Below, in pieces: positions 1-9,578 of a DNA stretch of 64,000 nt. Each line of letters opens with the position of its first letter. Positions within the stretch are counted from its first letter, which is position 1. The notes below the pieces were generated by a model that was not told where the DNA came from, did not search any database, and saw only the letters and a program-made list of their open reading frames with translations. The stretch is from contig CAWCOX010000008.1 in NCBI GenBank assembly GCA_963797235.1, positions 115,764 to 179,763 of the forward strand, in the 5' to 3' direction. This stretch comes from an uncultured delta proteobacterium. GTDB lineage: Bacteria; Desulfobacterota; Desulfobaccia; Desulfobaccales; 0-14-0-80-60-11. The translations under genes were made by a program, and so were the position numbers.

Positions 1-2
1 GC

Positions 3-449
3 GACAGCAGTGATTACTGCGAGGCCCGGGATCAGGCGGCCATCGACAATTGGGGCGAGCAGGCCCTGGACCTGGATTTACGCTACGGCTCCCCGGTAAT
101 CCTGGAAGATCCCGCCGCGGCCCAACTGCTGGCCACCCGGATGTTGCAGCGCCTGGCCCCGCCGCAGGAAGCGGTCGAAGTGGAGACCTGGCTGGAAGGG
201 GTGAGGATTGAACTGGGGGATACCGCGGCCGTGTCTTCCGATTTTCACGGCTGGGACCGGGAGGAGTTCACCGTATTGGGCCGGGACCTGGACCTGGGGC
301 ATCGCCGGGTGCGCCTGAAACTGACCCGGCCCCTGGACCGCACCGACCCCTTTGCAGTGGACGCGGGCGGCAGCGCCTCGGACGCCTGGGCCATTGACCA
401 GGCCAGCTCCTGGGACGAGAACTGGGACTCCCGGGCTTATGTTTATTGA
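3..449 (+). CDS. hypothetical structural protein, C-terminal part (5' end outside window); putative prophage tail-associated
   Basis: Frame 3 is open from base 3 to TGA 447-449 (DSSDYCEARDQAAIDNWGEQALDLDLRYGSPVILEDP...). It is followed by a tail-fibre-like ORF and two small membrane ORFs. No diagnostic motif was seen, so the product is contextual inference. Confidence 0.5.
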   Translation, partial: DSSDYCEARDQAAIDNWGEQALDLDLRYGSPVILEDPAAAQLLATRMLQRLAPPQEAVEVETWLEGVRIELGDTAAVSSDFHGWDREEFTVLGRDLDLGHRRVRLKLTRPLDRTDPFAVDAGGSASDAWAIDQASSWDENWDSRAYVY

Positions 450-472
450 TCGCCTCGGTGAAAATCTTTCAC

Positions 473-510
473 CACAGAGGCACAGAGGGCACAGAGAGAC
501 ACGGAGAGGA
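473..510. repeat. CACAGAG(G) short tandem repeat block
   Basis: caccacagaggcacagagggcacagagagacacggagagg sits in the gap before the 516 ORF. The same family, with the same aaaatct..cacca lead-in, occurs at 50356. Confidence 0.7.
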
Positions 511-515
511 GAACT

Positions 516-1574
516 ATGGGCTTGATTGAGCTCCCCCAGAGCAAATGGGGCAGCGGCACCGGCCGCCAGGTTATCCTGAAGAGCGACTTCGATAAAATCG
601 AACAGGGCCTGCTGGAGAGTTTCGAGCTGGCCGGGGCCCCGACCCTGGAGTACGTGGACTCGGCCACCTTGCAGGTCCGGGCTACTGCGAACTGCCCGGC
701 CCGGCTGATGATGTGCGGCTTTCCCTCGCCTCTGCACCCGGGCCAATGGCTGGACGCCGGGCTGAGCGACGGCCGCTACCGGGAGAACGCCGCCGGGGCG
801 ACTCTGAACCTCCCCACCGCCGGCAGTCTTTGGGGCACTGCCAAGGCCTCCCAATGGTACGCGGTTTACGCCCTGGCCGGGGCCACCGACACCATCTTCA
901 GCCTCAAGGCCATGCCGGTGCTGCGGGTGGCCTCCCAGAGCGGCCAGACCATCAGCCTGCGCAATACCGGCAATACCGCGGGTATCGGCTACGGCTGGGC
1001 CGCGGGTGAGCTGGTCGCCGGCCAGCTCCTGGTGCTGAGCGGCGCCTCGCGAGGGCTGGCCCGCGCCGTCAGCGGCCACAATACCGACAACGGCACCGGC
1101 GGCGCCATCACTTACGACGGCGGCGCCCTGACCCTGACCCAGGGGGATTGGTTCGTGGTACTGCCACCCAATACCAACTTCCGCTATCTGGGGATGGTCT
1201 TCAAGGACGCCGACGGCACCCTGGCCCCCTTTTATCAGGAGCACGGCCGGACCACCTGGCGCAACCCCAGACAGATCGTCTCCGGGGCTATCAACGGCTA
1301 CACCCTGACCGACCTGGCCCTGGCGGCGCCGCCCACGGCCCGGGGCGTGATAGGCCTGGCGTCGGCTGCCTCAGGCTATGACCTGAAACTGGCCATTTCC
1401 TATGACGGCAGCACACCGGCCTTGCTCCTGCACGGCGCTCCGCCCGCGGCTGATTTCCAGGGGGTGCGGGGGGCCCTGCCCTTCGACGTCCGGGTGCTGG
1501 AAGGTGACCAGCTTTATCTGAATAATGAAAACACCGCCAATCAGACGGTCAAAATCATCGGATGGAGGGAATAA
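516..1574 (+). CDS. hypothetical protein, phage tail-fibre-like (inferred)
   Basis: 352-aa ORF with SD ggagaggag 5 nt upstream. The N-terminus MGLIELPQSKWGSGTG...DFDKIEQGL resembles the short conserved N-termini of tail-fibre proteins. The remainder is Gly/Ala/Thr-rich. Confidence 0.6.
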   Translation: MGLIELPQSKWGSGTGRQVILKSDFDKIEQGLLESFELAGAPTLEYVDSATLQVRATANCPARLMMCGFPSPLHPGQWLDAGLSDGRYRENAAGATLNLPTAGSLWGTAKASQWYAVYALAGATDTIFSLKAMPVLRVASQSGQTISLRNTGNTAGIGYGWAAGELVAGQLLVLSGASRGLARAVSGHNTDNGTGGAITYDGGALTLTQGDWFVVLPPNTNFRYLGMVFKDADGTLAPFYQEHGRTTWRNPRQIVSGAINGYTLTDLALAAPPTARGVIGLASAASGYDLKLAISYDGSTPALLLHGAPPAADFQGVRGALPFDVRVLEGDQLYLNNENTANQTVKIIGWRE

Positions 1575-1576
1575 CC

Positions 1577-1789
1577 ATGCTGGACGGCAAGAAGACCTAT
1601 ATTTCCGCCCTGGTCCTGGGCCTGGCCACTCTGGTTCGGGCCCTGAACTGGGTCACCCAGGAACAGTACGAACTCATTATAGGACTGAGCGGCTCCGCCG
1701 GCCTGGCGGCCTTGCGGGCCGGGGTGGCCACTCCTAAGGCCGGCAGCACAGACGTCCCGCCGGTATCAAGCAGCGCCCCACCCGCTTAG
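1577..1789 (+). CDS. small membrane protein (prophage-associated)
   Basis: ATG 1577 is preceded by ggaggga and overlaps the stop of the previous ORF. It has one to two hydrophobic helices (YISALVLGLATLV, IIGLSGSAGLAAL). Confidence 0.5.
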   Translation: MLDGKKTYISALVLGLATLVRALNWVTQEQYELIIGLSGSAGLAALRAGVATPKAGSTDVPPVSSSAPPA

Positions 1790-1853
1790 GGTCGACTGGC
1801 AAGAGGTCCCTACGGGCAGGCGACAACCTTAATGGCGTTAAAGGATAAAGCCA

Positions 1854-2123
1854 GTGATGATGAACTATCAAGATCTGGGAGAACATGCCGGGGCCCTGGT
1901 CACCCTGATCGGGGTGTTCGCCGGGGTGAGCGGCATGCTCCTGTGGCGTATGCTGGTGCGCCTGGAGAAGAAGATCGACGAGATGTCCGAGCATTTTTGC
2001 GCCTGCCGGGAGGAGTTGCCGGAGCGCTTCGTCTCCCGCTTCGAACACGAAGTGGAGCATCAGGGTCTTTGGGAGGCCCTCAATTACCACCAGCATAGCC
2101 TCAGGGGCCGGGTAGTGCGCTAA
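1854..2123 (+). CDS. small membrane protein with one N-terminal TM helix (holin-like by size and topology only)
   Basis: 89-aa ORF with TM segment ALVTLIGVFAGVSGMLLW followed by a charged tail. It is the last gene before the repeat-rich junction. Confidence 0.45.
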   Translation: MMMNYQDLGEHAGALVTLIGVFAGVSGMLLWRMLVRLEKKIDEMSEHFCACREELPERFVSRFEHEVEHQGLWEALNYHQHSLRGRVVR

Positions 2124-2125
2124 GG

Positions 2126-2160
2126 CAGTGGTCAGTGGCCAGTGATCAGTGGTCAGTAAA
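2126..2160 (+). repeat. CAGTGGT heptamer array (5 units)
   Basis: cagtggt cagtggc cagtgat cagtggt cagtaaa starts 3 nt after the TAA of the 1854 ORF. Confidence 0.85.
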
Positions 2161-2404
2161 AACAGAAACAAATCAAAAGAAAATCTCGGGCGGCCAGGGA
2201 TGGCCGCCCCATCCCGGCCCCCGCCCGCCATATGTTTCGCCACCTCATCCCAACGGTCCCGCCGAAGTTAAGCGGCGGCCTCACCTACTCAGGGGCGGCT
2301 CGTCGAGCCGCCCACAGCGGCAGGCGGCAACCAGCCACTCAGTGCCATAAGCTTGACTGTTCCCGGTTTTTTTGATAGTTCCTGACTGCGAGGGACTGGC
2401 GCAC

Positions 2405-3007
2405 ATGAACCTGTTAGACCTGGGGATTTTGGTCCTGCTCGGCTTGGTTACGGTCAGGGGTTACTTTCGGGGCCTGTTTCAAGAGCTGGCAGTCCTGGTG
2501 GGGGTGGTCGGGGGAGTGGTGGTCGCCTCCCATACCTACCTGCAACTGGCAGAGGTCCTCTCCCGCTGGGTCACCGACCCCCAGTACGCCCGCATCATTG
2601 CCTTTGCCGTCATGCTGGTGGCTTTTTATTGGCTCACCCGCCTGGTGGCCCATTACCTCCAGCGGATCCTCTATCATCTCTATCTCGATTTTTTCGAGCG
2701 TCTGTTGGGGGCGGCCTTCGCCCTGGCCAAAGGCGCCCTGATCATGGGCTTCGGGCTGATGTTCATCGGCCTGGTCCTGCCCAAGGATTCGCAGTTGCTC
2801 AAGGAATCCCGCACCGCCCCGAAACTGGTCGGCCTCGCCCATCAATCCCTGGAACTGCTGCCCCCGGATTTCAAACAGCGGTTCGACGATACCTTGCAGA
2901 AGTGGCGTAAAGGAGGCAAGAAGACCGCTCAGGCGGCCGTGCAGGGAACCCGCCAGCAACTGGACGACCTCAGCCGTTCCTGGAAAGATCTGCAACGTGA
3001 GCCGTAG
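2405..3007 (+). CDS. cvpA: CvpA family membrane protein
   Basis: N-terminus MNLLDLGILVLLGLVTVRGYFRGLFQEL and four TM helices are typical of CvpA. ATG 2405 was chosen over the upstream TTG. Confidence 0.8.
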   Translation: MNLLDLGILVLLGLVTVRGYFRGLFQELAVLVGVVGGVVVASHTYLQLAEVLSRWVTDPQYARIIAFAVMLVAFYWLTRLVAHYLQRILYHLYLDFFERLLGAAFALAKGALIMGFGLMFIGLVLPKDSQLLKESRTAPKLVGLAHQSLELLPPDFKQRFDDTLQKWRKGGKKTAQAAVQGTRQQLDDLSRSWKDLQREP

Positions 3008-3062
3008 AACCGGTCCCTGGAACTGGCCCTGCGACGACTAATTAGAAAGGAATCTCCCGAAA

Positions 3063-3851
3063 ATGAACTCCAAAAACGGCGACCCCGGCGCCAGGCTCAA
3101 TGAATTCGCCGCCATCGTCCGGCGCCTGCGCGGCCCCGGCGGCTGCCCCTGGGACGCCCAGCAGACCCCGGAAACCTTGAAGACTTATGTCCTGGAGGAA
3201 GCCTACGAACTGATCGAGGCCCTGGACAGCGGCGACCCCGAGAAGGTTAAGGAAGAACTGGGCGACCTGCTCCTGCACCTGGTCTTCTTAAGCGACCTTT
3301 ACGAGGAGCGGGGCAATTTTTCCCTGGTGGAAGTGGTGGCCGGCATCGCGGCCAAGATGATTCACCGCCATCCCCACGTCTTTCAGGGGGAGGAGGCCAG
3401 GACCCAGGAAGATCTGCGCCGCCTCTGGCAACAGGCCAAGGTCCAGGAGGGGAAGGCCGCGCCCGGCGCTTTGGGCAAGGTGTCCCCGGCCCTGCCCGCC
3501 CTGGTCCAGGCCCAGCGCCTGGGCGAGGCCGCGGCCCGCCTGGGCTTCGATTGGCCCCATGTCCAGGGGGCCCTGGACAAGGTGGAAGAAGAGTGGGAGG
3601 AATTCCGCCAGACCCTGACCGGCCCGCCTAATCCGGCCCAGGAGGAGGAATTGGGCGACCTCCTGTTCGCCCTGGTGAACGTGGCCCGCTTTCTCAGCAT
3701 CGATTCCGAAGGGGCCCTGCGGCGCACCATCTACAAGTTCATCAAGCGCTTCAACGTGGTGGAGCGCACCCTGACCAAACAGGGCAAGACCCCGGAGACC
3801 GCCAGCCTGGAGGAGATGGAGGCCATCTGGCAGGCCAGCAAGAGGCAGTAG
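3063..3851 (+). CDS. mazG: nucleoside triphosphate pyrophosphohydrolase MazG
   Basis: Tandem MazG domains: LRGPGGCPWDAQQT, EEAYELIEAL, EELGDLLLHL and a second EELGDLLFALVN. Confidence 0.9.
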   Translation: MNSKNGDPGARLNEFAAIVRRLRGPGGCPWDAQQTPETLKTYVLEEAYELIEALDSGDPEKVKEELGDLLLHLVFLSDLYEERGNFSLVEVVAGIAAKMIHRHPHVFQGEEARTQEDLRRLWQQAKVQEGKAAPGALGKVSPALPALVQAQRLGEAAARLGFDWPHVQGALDKVEEEWEEFRQTLTGPPNPAQEEELGDLLFALVNVARFLSIDSEGALRRTIYKFIKRFNVVERTLTKQGKTPETASLEEMEAIWQASKRQ

Positions 3852-3999
3852 CCAGTGGTCAGTGGTCAGTAGTCAGTAAAACCAGCAATTATTACCCGCT
3901 ATAGTTTTCTTCTTTCCGCCAATTAAAAATGGTAAGCCAAAAATCCAAAAAACTGATCACTGATCACTGGCTACTGGCCGCTGACTACTGCCTACTGCT
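3846..3999. repeat. inverted pair of heptamer arrays flanking an AT-rich 70-nt core
   Basis: 3846-3880 reads cagtagc cagtggt cagtggt cagtagt cagtaaa on the + strand. 3951-3999 carries seven CAGTNNN-type units on the - strand (ctgatca ctgatca ctggcta ...). Confidence 0.85.
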
Positions 4000-4053
4000 T
4001 GCCAAGCCCCCCAAAGGATGATAAGCATAAATGGTTTAAGGGGTTATGCCAAG

Positions 4054-5877
4054 ATGGAACGAAGCCGGCACCGGGGGACTTTTACCCTGACAGTGAACAT
4101 TGCCGTCATCATAGCCGGCGCCGTGGTTATCTCCCTGCTCTTCTTTTCCTTCTGGCAGAAGCTCAATAATAAAGTCGAAGTCATCCTGAAAGACCAGTTC
4201 AACCAACAGCAATTGATGCTGGCCCGGAAGATCGCCGACAACATTGAATCCTATTTCGACTTTCTGGAAAACGCCCTGATGGGTTATGCCGGACTGTTTC
4301 AAGCCACCCCACCCGGGGAGCGGGAACTGGACGCGGCCCTGGCGGAGAGGTTCTCCCGGCACAAGCGCTTCGGCATCCTGGCCATTGTCCGCTACAATCC
4401 GGCCGGGACCGCGGCGCAGGTCTTCAGCACCGCAGCCGCGCCCCCGGGCGGCAGCCCGGCTCTGCCTCCTGCCTATCTCCAGTGGGCCCGGGACCCGGCC
4501 CACCGCGGCCGCCTCTTCCTGAGCAAGACCTTTGTTGATGCCGCCCCCCCCTGGCAGGGACGCAGGGTGATGCGCTTTCTCACGCCGCTCTATTGGGGAC
4601 CGGACCGGGTTTTTTCCGGGGTGCTGGAGTTTCTCATCGACCCGTTCTTCATCTGCGAAAAAGTCACGTCCGAGGTGCGCTCCGGCCAGACGGGCTATGC
4701 CTGGATCATCGACCAGGACGAAATCATGCTGGCCCATTATGAGAAGGACTTTGTCGGCCAGAAGGCCCTGGAAATCCGCCTGGCCCGCAACCCCAACATC
4801 GTCTTCCGGGGGCTGCAGGAACTCGACGACGCTCTCCTGGCAGGCAAAGAGGGGGTGACGGAATACGACTCCGGCTGGCACCGGCAGAAATTGGGGCAGA
4901 TGCCCAAGCTGGCGGCCTACACCCCCATCAATTTCAGCAAAGGCTTGATCACGGGAGTGACCGAGCTGGAGGACCCGGCCCACAACCGTTGGGGCGTTGC
5001 CGTGGTGGCCCCGGTGGAGGAAGTCTCCGGCCAGGTCAAGGAAGTACTGCATCAGGAGTTGTTCCTGGCGGGGCTCTTCTTTGTGGTGGTGCTGCTGGCC
5101 AGCAGCGCCCTGATCGTCGCCGCCCTGGCCTTTAACAAGAGATTGTCCCGCCAGGTGGAGCTCAAGACCAGGGAACTGCTGGATTCCCAGGAGCGCCTGA
5201 TGCATTCCGAGCGCTTCGCCGCGGTGGGCGAGGCTGCCGCCTATGTCACCCATGAGATTAAAAATCCCCTCATGGTCATCGGCGGCCTGGCCGGCCAGGT
5301 GGAGCGGCGCCTGACTGAGGATACCGGCGCCCGGGAAAAATTGCGCATCATTCAGGGGGAAGTGAGACGCCTGGAGTCCTTTCTGGGTGAATTGCGGGAT
5401 TTCCTGCGGCCGGTCCATCCCAACAAGCAGGAAGTCGACCTGAATGCGATCATTCTGGAAGTTAAGGCCTTGATGGGTCCGGCCGCCGAGGAAAAGGGCC
5501 TCAACCTGGAAGATGATCTGGACCCCCGTCTGCCGCGCCTGCAAGCCGACCCCAACCAGCTCAACCAGGTGCTGGTCAACCTCATCAAGAACGCCATGGA
5601 GGCCACGGAAAGCGGTGACCGCATCACCCTGTGCACCGGCTCCGAGGACGGCCAGGTGTGGTTTTCCATCCAGGACAACGGCAAAGGCATGAGCCCGGAG
5701 GTCCAGGAAAAGGTCTTCCACCCGTTTTTCACCACCAAAGAGAAGGGCACCGGCCTGGGGCTGGCGGTGATCCACAAGATCATCACCGATCACAACGGCA
5801 CCATCGCCCTGGAAACCGTCCCGGGCGTAGGCAGCACCTTCACCATTCGGCTGCCGCTAAAAGCTGATGCAAGCTAA
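4054..5877 (+). CDS. sensor histidine kinase with periplasmic Cache-like domain
   Basis: Two TM segments bracket a ~300-aa extracytoplasmic region. H-box AAYVTHEIKNPL; N/G boxes NLIKNAMEA, QDNGKGM, GTGLGLAV. ATG 4054 (aagggg SD) is preferred over ATG 4018. Confidence 0.85.
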   Translation: MERSRHRGTFTLTVNIAVIIAGAVVISLLFFSFWQKLNNKVEVILKDQFNQQQLMLARKIADNIESYFDFLENALMGYAGLFQATPPGERELDAALAERFSRHKRFGILAIVRYNPAGTAAQVFSTAAAPPGGSPALPPAYLQWARDPAHRGRLFLSKTFVDAAPPWQGRRVMRFLTPLYWGPDRVFSGVLEFLIDPFFICEKVTSEVRSGQTGYAWIIDQDEIMLAHYEKDFVGQKALEIRLARNPNIVFRGLQELDDALLAGKEGVTEYDSGWHRQKLGQMPKLAAYTPINFSKGLITGVTELEDPAHNRWGVAVVAPVEEVSGQVKEVLHQELFLAGLFFVVVLLASSALIVAALAFNKRLSRQVELKTRELLDSQERLMHSERFAAVGEAAAYVTHEIKNPLMVIGGLAGQVERRLTEDTGAREKLRIIQGEVRRLESFLGELRDFLRPVHPNKQEVDLNAIILEVKALMGPAAEEKGLNLEDDLDPRLPRLQADPNQLNQVLVNLIKNAMEATESGDRITLCTGSEDGQVWFSIQDNGKGMSPEVQEKVFHPFFTTKEKGTGLGLAVIHKIITDHNGTIALETVPGVGSTFTIRLPLKADAS

Positions 5878-8114
5878 CCGCCCCGAAACGAAGGAACAGC
5901 TCAGGGCAGACCGCAAGAAGCGCCGGGAACGGGCCCTGATCGTCATCACCCTGGTCTTGGTGGTGGCCATCACCTCCCTGGAAGTGCACCTGGTGCCCCG
6001 AGGCGACCAACCGGTCACCGACAGCCTGCTCGCCTACGGGCTGCTCAATATTGATTTCTTTTTGCTGCTGCTCTTCACCTTCCTCATCTTCCGCCATCTG
6101 GCCAAACTCTTCCTGGAGCGGCGTCGCAAGGTCTTCGGGTCCCGGCTGCGCACCCGCCTGGTGCTGACCTTCATCAGCCTGACCCTGCTGCCCACCCTGT
6201 TCCTCTTCATCATGGCCTGGCAGCTTATTTCCAGCCGGGTGGACCATTCTTTTGACCGACAGGTGGAGGAATCCCTGGATAAGGCGGTTGACCTGACCCG
6301 CACCTACTCCCTGGACATGGAGGACAACCTCAAGGCTTGTGGGCGTCTGTTCAGCCTGGAGCTGAAGGCACAGGGCGGCATAAGCTCTGAGCAGCGGGAG
6401 GCGCTCCAGGCCTTCGTGGACCGGAACCGCGCGGCCTACCACCTCAGCGGACTGGAGGTCCTGGACCCCGATAAGGGGCAACTGGCCGGCAGTTTCGACC
6501 CCCAGGCGGGCAAGCTGCCGGGCCTGCCGGCCCCGGAGGCCGGGACGGCAGCCCCGGGAGAGGCGATCATTCGGCAAAAGGCCGGGAACGCCGAGCTCTT
6601 GAGCTGGCTGGGGCCGGTATCCGATAGCGCCGGCGCCCTTCAGGGCTATGTCCTGGTGCGCAAAGGCATTCCCCAGACCCATCTGCTGCGCCAGGCCGCG
6701 GCGGAACGCAGTCTGCAGGATCTGCGCCAACGGCAATTGCAATACAGCCCGGTGAGGGTGAGCCATTACCTGGCTCTGGTCATCGCTACCCTCGTCGCCC
6801 TGATGGCTGCCATCTGGCTGGGGTTTTACATGGCCCGGGAGATCACCATTCCCATCCGCCGGCTGGCCGAAGGCGCTCTGAAGGTGGCCGGAGGCGACTA
6901 TGATATCCACATCGACCAGGAAGGTCGGGACGAAATCGGCTTCCTGGTGCGGTCCTTCAACAAGATGACCCAGGACCTGCAGCAGAGCCAGGCACAGTTG
7001 GCCGCGGCCTACCAGCAGTTGAGCCAGTCCCACGAACTCATCTCCACCCAGAAGCGGGACATGGAAATCCTCCTGAAGAACGTGGCCGCCGGGGTGATCG
7101 GCCTGGACGCCGAGGGCCGGGTCACTCTGATCAACGATTCCGCCGCCCAGATGCTGCAGCTCCAAAGGGAGGCGGTGCTGGGCCGGGAGGCCCGGGTGCT
7201 GCTGCCGGAAGCGGAATACCAGCGCCTGGCCGAAGTGGTGGCCGCAGCCCGCCGCGTGGCCCGGGGCACGGTGGAGAGGCCCCTGCACCTGGTCCTGCCC
7301 AACCAGACCCTTTATCTGCTGGTCAAGACCACGGTGCTCAAAGACGAAGCCGGCCGCGACCTGGGAGTGGTCATGGTCTTCGAAGACCTGACCGAGCTGG
7401 AGCGGGCCCAGCGCCTGGCGGCCTGGCGGGAGGTGGCCCGCCGCATCGCCCACGAAGTGAAGAATCCCCTCACCCCCATCAAGCTGGCGGCGCAGCGACT
7501 ACAGCGGCGTTACGCCGAGCGCCTGGGAGAGGATGGGCAGGTCTTCGACGAATGCACTCAGATCATCGTCAACCAGGTGGATGAACTCAAGAACCTGGTC
7601 AATGCCTTTTCGCGTTTCGCCCGGCTGCCCCAACTGACCCTGGCTCCCCAGGACCTCAACGCCCTGATCCAGGAGACCGTGGTCCTCTATCGTGAATCCC
7701 AACCCCGGGTGGCTCTGGAGTTTCATCCCGACCCCACGTTGCCCCCACTCCTCGTGGACCGGGAACAGGTGAAACGGCTGCTCCTCAATTTACTGGACAA
7801 CGCCCTGGCCTCCATCAACGGGGCCGGGACCATCACGCGTCTCGGTGCGGAGACATCCGGCCGACGGCCGGGTGGAACTCACCGTGGCCGACAACGGCGT
7901 GGGCGTCCCGGACCGGGACAAGGTGCGGATCTTTGAGCCCTACTTCTCCACCAAGCGGGGCGGCACCGGCCTGGGCCTGGCCATCGTCAACTCCATCGTG
8001 GCCGAGCACCAGGGGCATATCCGGGTGGAAAACAACGTCCCCAAGGGGGCGAAATTCATTATCGATCTTCCCATGCACAGGGCCGAATATGCCGGGAAAC
8101 CTGCTGATAGTTGA
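5867..8114 (+). pseudogene. NtrY-like sensor histidine kinase interrupted by one frameshift (about 7838); possibly a sequencing artefact
   Basis: Multi-TM N-terminus, HAMP, PAS, H-box RRIAHEVKNPLTPI and N-box LLNLLDNALASI. After ...NGAGTIT the conserved sequence continues in another frame (VSVRRHPADGRVELTVADNGVGVP...GGTGLGLAIV...). Deleting one base near 7838 restores a single ORF. Confidence 0.8.
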
Positions 8115-9489
8115 CGACGAGCCCCAGATCATCCAGGTGGTGAAGGGCATCCTGCAAGATGAGGGCTTTGAAGTTACCACGGCCCCGGATGGCGAAACCG
8201 CCCTCAAGCTGGCGGCCGCGGAGCCTCCGGACCTGGTGCTTCTGGACATCAACCTGCCGGGCCTCGATGGTCTGGAAGTGCTCAGCGAACTCAAGAAGCG
8301 GCAACCCTGGCTGCCGGTGATCATGATCTCCGCCTACGGTTCGGTGGAAAACGCCGTCAAGGCCACCCGCCTGGGGGCCTACGACTTCATTGAAAAACCC
8401 CCCAACGCCGACAAGATCATCCTGTCGGTGCGCAACGGCCTGGAGTTGGCTCGCCTGGCCGAAGAGAACCGCCGCCTCCGGCAGCAGAGCGGCCGGGTCA
8501 AGGAGATCATCGGCCAGAGCGACGCCGTCGGCCGCCTGCGGGAAAAACTGGCCCTGGTCGCCCCCACCAACGCCTCGGTGCTGATCACCGGCGAGAACGG
8601 CACCGGCAAGGAACTGGTGGCCCGGGCCCTGCACGCCCTGAGCCGCCGCGCCCCCCACGCCTTCGTGGAGGTCAACTGCGCCGCCATCCCCGAAGACCTC
8701 ATCGAAAGCGAGCTCTTCGGCCACGAAAAGGGCGCCTTCACCGGGGCCTCCAGCCGGCACCGGGGCAAATTCGACCTGGCCCACGAAGGCACCCTCTTTC
8801 TGGATGAAATCGGCGACATGAGCCTCAAGACCCAGGCCAAGATCCTGCGCATCTTAGAGGAGCAGCGGTTTGAGCGGGTGGGCGGCAGCAAGCCCATCCA
8901 GGTGGACGTGCGGGTGGTGGCCGCCACCAACAAGAACCTGGAGGAAGAAATCGCCAAAGGCGGCTTCCGGGAAGACCTCTACCACCGCATCAACGTCCTG
9001 CCGCTCACCGTGCCGCCGTTGCGGGAGCGCCGGGAGGACATCCCCCTGCTGGCGGCCCACTTCCTACGGGAACTTTCCGAAGGGGGCGACGCCCCGGCCA
9101 AGACCTTCTCCCCCGCCGCCCTGGAGGCGCTCACCGCCCTGCCCTGGCCGGGGAACGTCCGGGAGTTGAAGAACTTCGTCTTCCGCCTGGCCATCCTCAG
9201 CCCCGGGGCGGTCATCGACACGGCCGATCTGCCCCTGGCCGCCTCGGGCCTGGAGCCGGCGCCGGCCGCAGCCCCGGAGGGCAGCGAGGCCGACCTCCTC
9301 GACCCTTTCCTCCAGGTGCCCTCCTTCCGGGAGGCCCGGGCCCTGTTCGAAAAGCAGTTCCTGCGCCGCAAACTGGCCGAATGCCACGGCAACGTCAGCC
9401 TGCTGGCCGAAAAAATCGGCCTGGAACGCTCGAACCTCTATCGGAAGCTAAAGGCGTATGGGCTGGAACCGGGGAAGGAGGGGGAATGA
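8089..9489 (+). CDS. sigma-54-dependent response regulator (NtrX/NtrC family)
   Basis: Receiver domain LLIVDDEPQI...LLDINLPGLDG; AAA+ GENGTGKELVARALH; GAFTGA loop; C-terminal Fis-type HTH. ATG 8089 overlaps the kinase 3' end. Confidence 0.9.
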   Translation: MPGNLLIVDDEPQIIQVVKGILQDEGFEVTTAPDGETALKLAAAEPPDLVLLDINLPGLDGLEVLSELKKRQPWLPVIMISAYGSVENAVKATRLGAYDFIEKPPNADKIILSVRNGLELARLAEENRRLRQQSGRVKEIIGQSDAVGRLREKLALVAPTNASVLITGENGTGKELVARALHALSRRAPHAFVEVNCAAIPEDLIESELFGHEKGAFTGASSRHRGKFDLAHEGTLFLDEIGDMSLKTQAKILRILEEQRFERVGGSKPIQVDVRVVAATNKNLEEEIAKGGFREDLYHRINVLPLTVPPLRERREDIPLLAAHFLRELSEGGDAPAKTFSPAALEALTALPWPGNVRELKNFVFRLAILSPGAVIDTADLPLAASGLEPAPAAAPEGSEADLLDPFLQVPSFREARALFEKQFLRRKLAECHGNVSLLAEKIGLERSNLYRKLKAYGLEPGKEGE

Positions 9490-9578
9490 GAATAGAATAA
9501 CGAAGTAGAGGTTAATGAGCAAAATTAAGAAATATTTATATTGTACGCATAAGTTTAAGCTGCCTTAAGAGAGTAAAA

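Noticed and set aside
78-1244. Long antisense or shadow ORFs throughout the track (for example 78-1244 -, 4036-5793 -, 5840-7453 -, 15901-16962 -, 28844-30646 -, 30747-32255 -, 59389-60954 +, 57962-59215 +).
   Set aside because: They lie opposite genes with clear conserved motifs. Their translations are Arg/Gly/Pro/Ala-rich low-complexity sequence, typical of stop-poor alternative frames in high-GC DNA. None has a ribosome-binding site or a recognisable domain.
2126-3999. Heptamer arrays considered as a possible CRISPR array.
   Set aside because: Units are only 7 nt and are contiguous with no spacers. No cas genes are in the window.
7830-7850. Programmed ribosomal frameshifting as an explanation for the split genes.
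   Set aside because: The sites share no slippery heptamer or stimulatory structure. They occur in unrelated gene families not known to use recoding, and all look like simple one-base insertions.
7933-8088. The N-terminal 52 codons of the 7933-9489 ORF considered as part of the response regulator.
   Set aside because: This stretch overlaps the conserved ATPase domain of the kinase in another frame and translates to Pro/Ser/Trp-rich junk. The receiver domain begins at ATG 8089.
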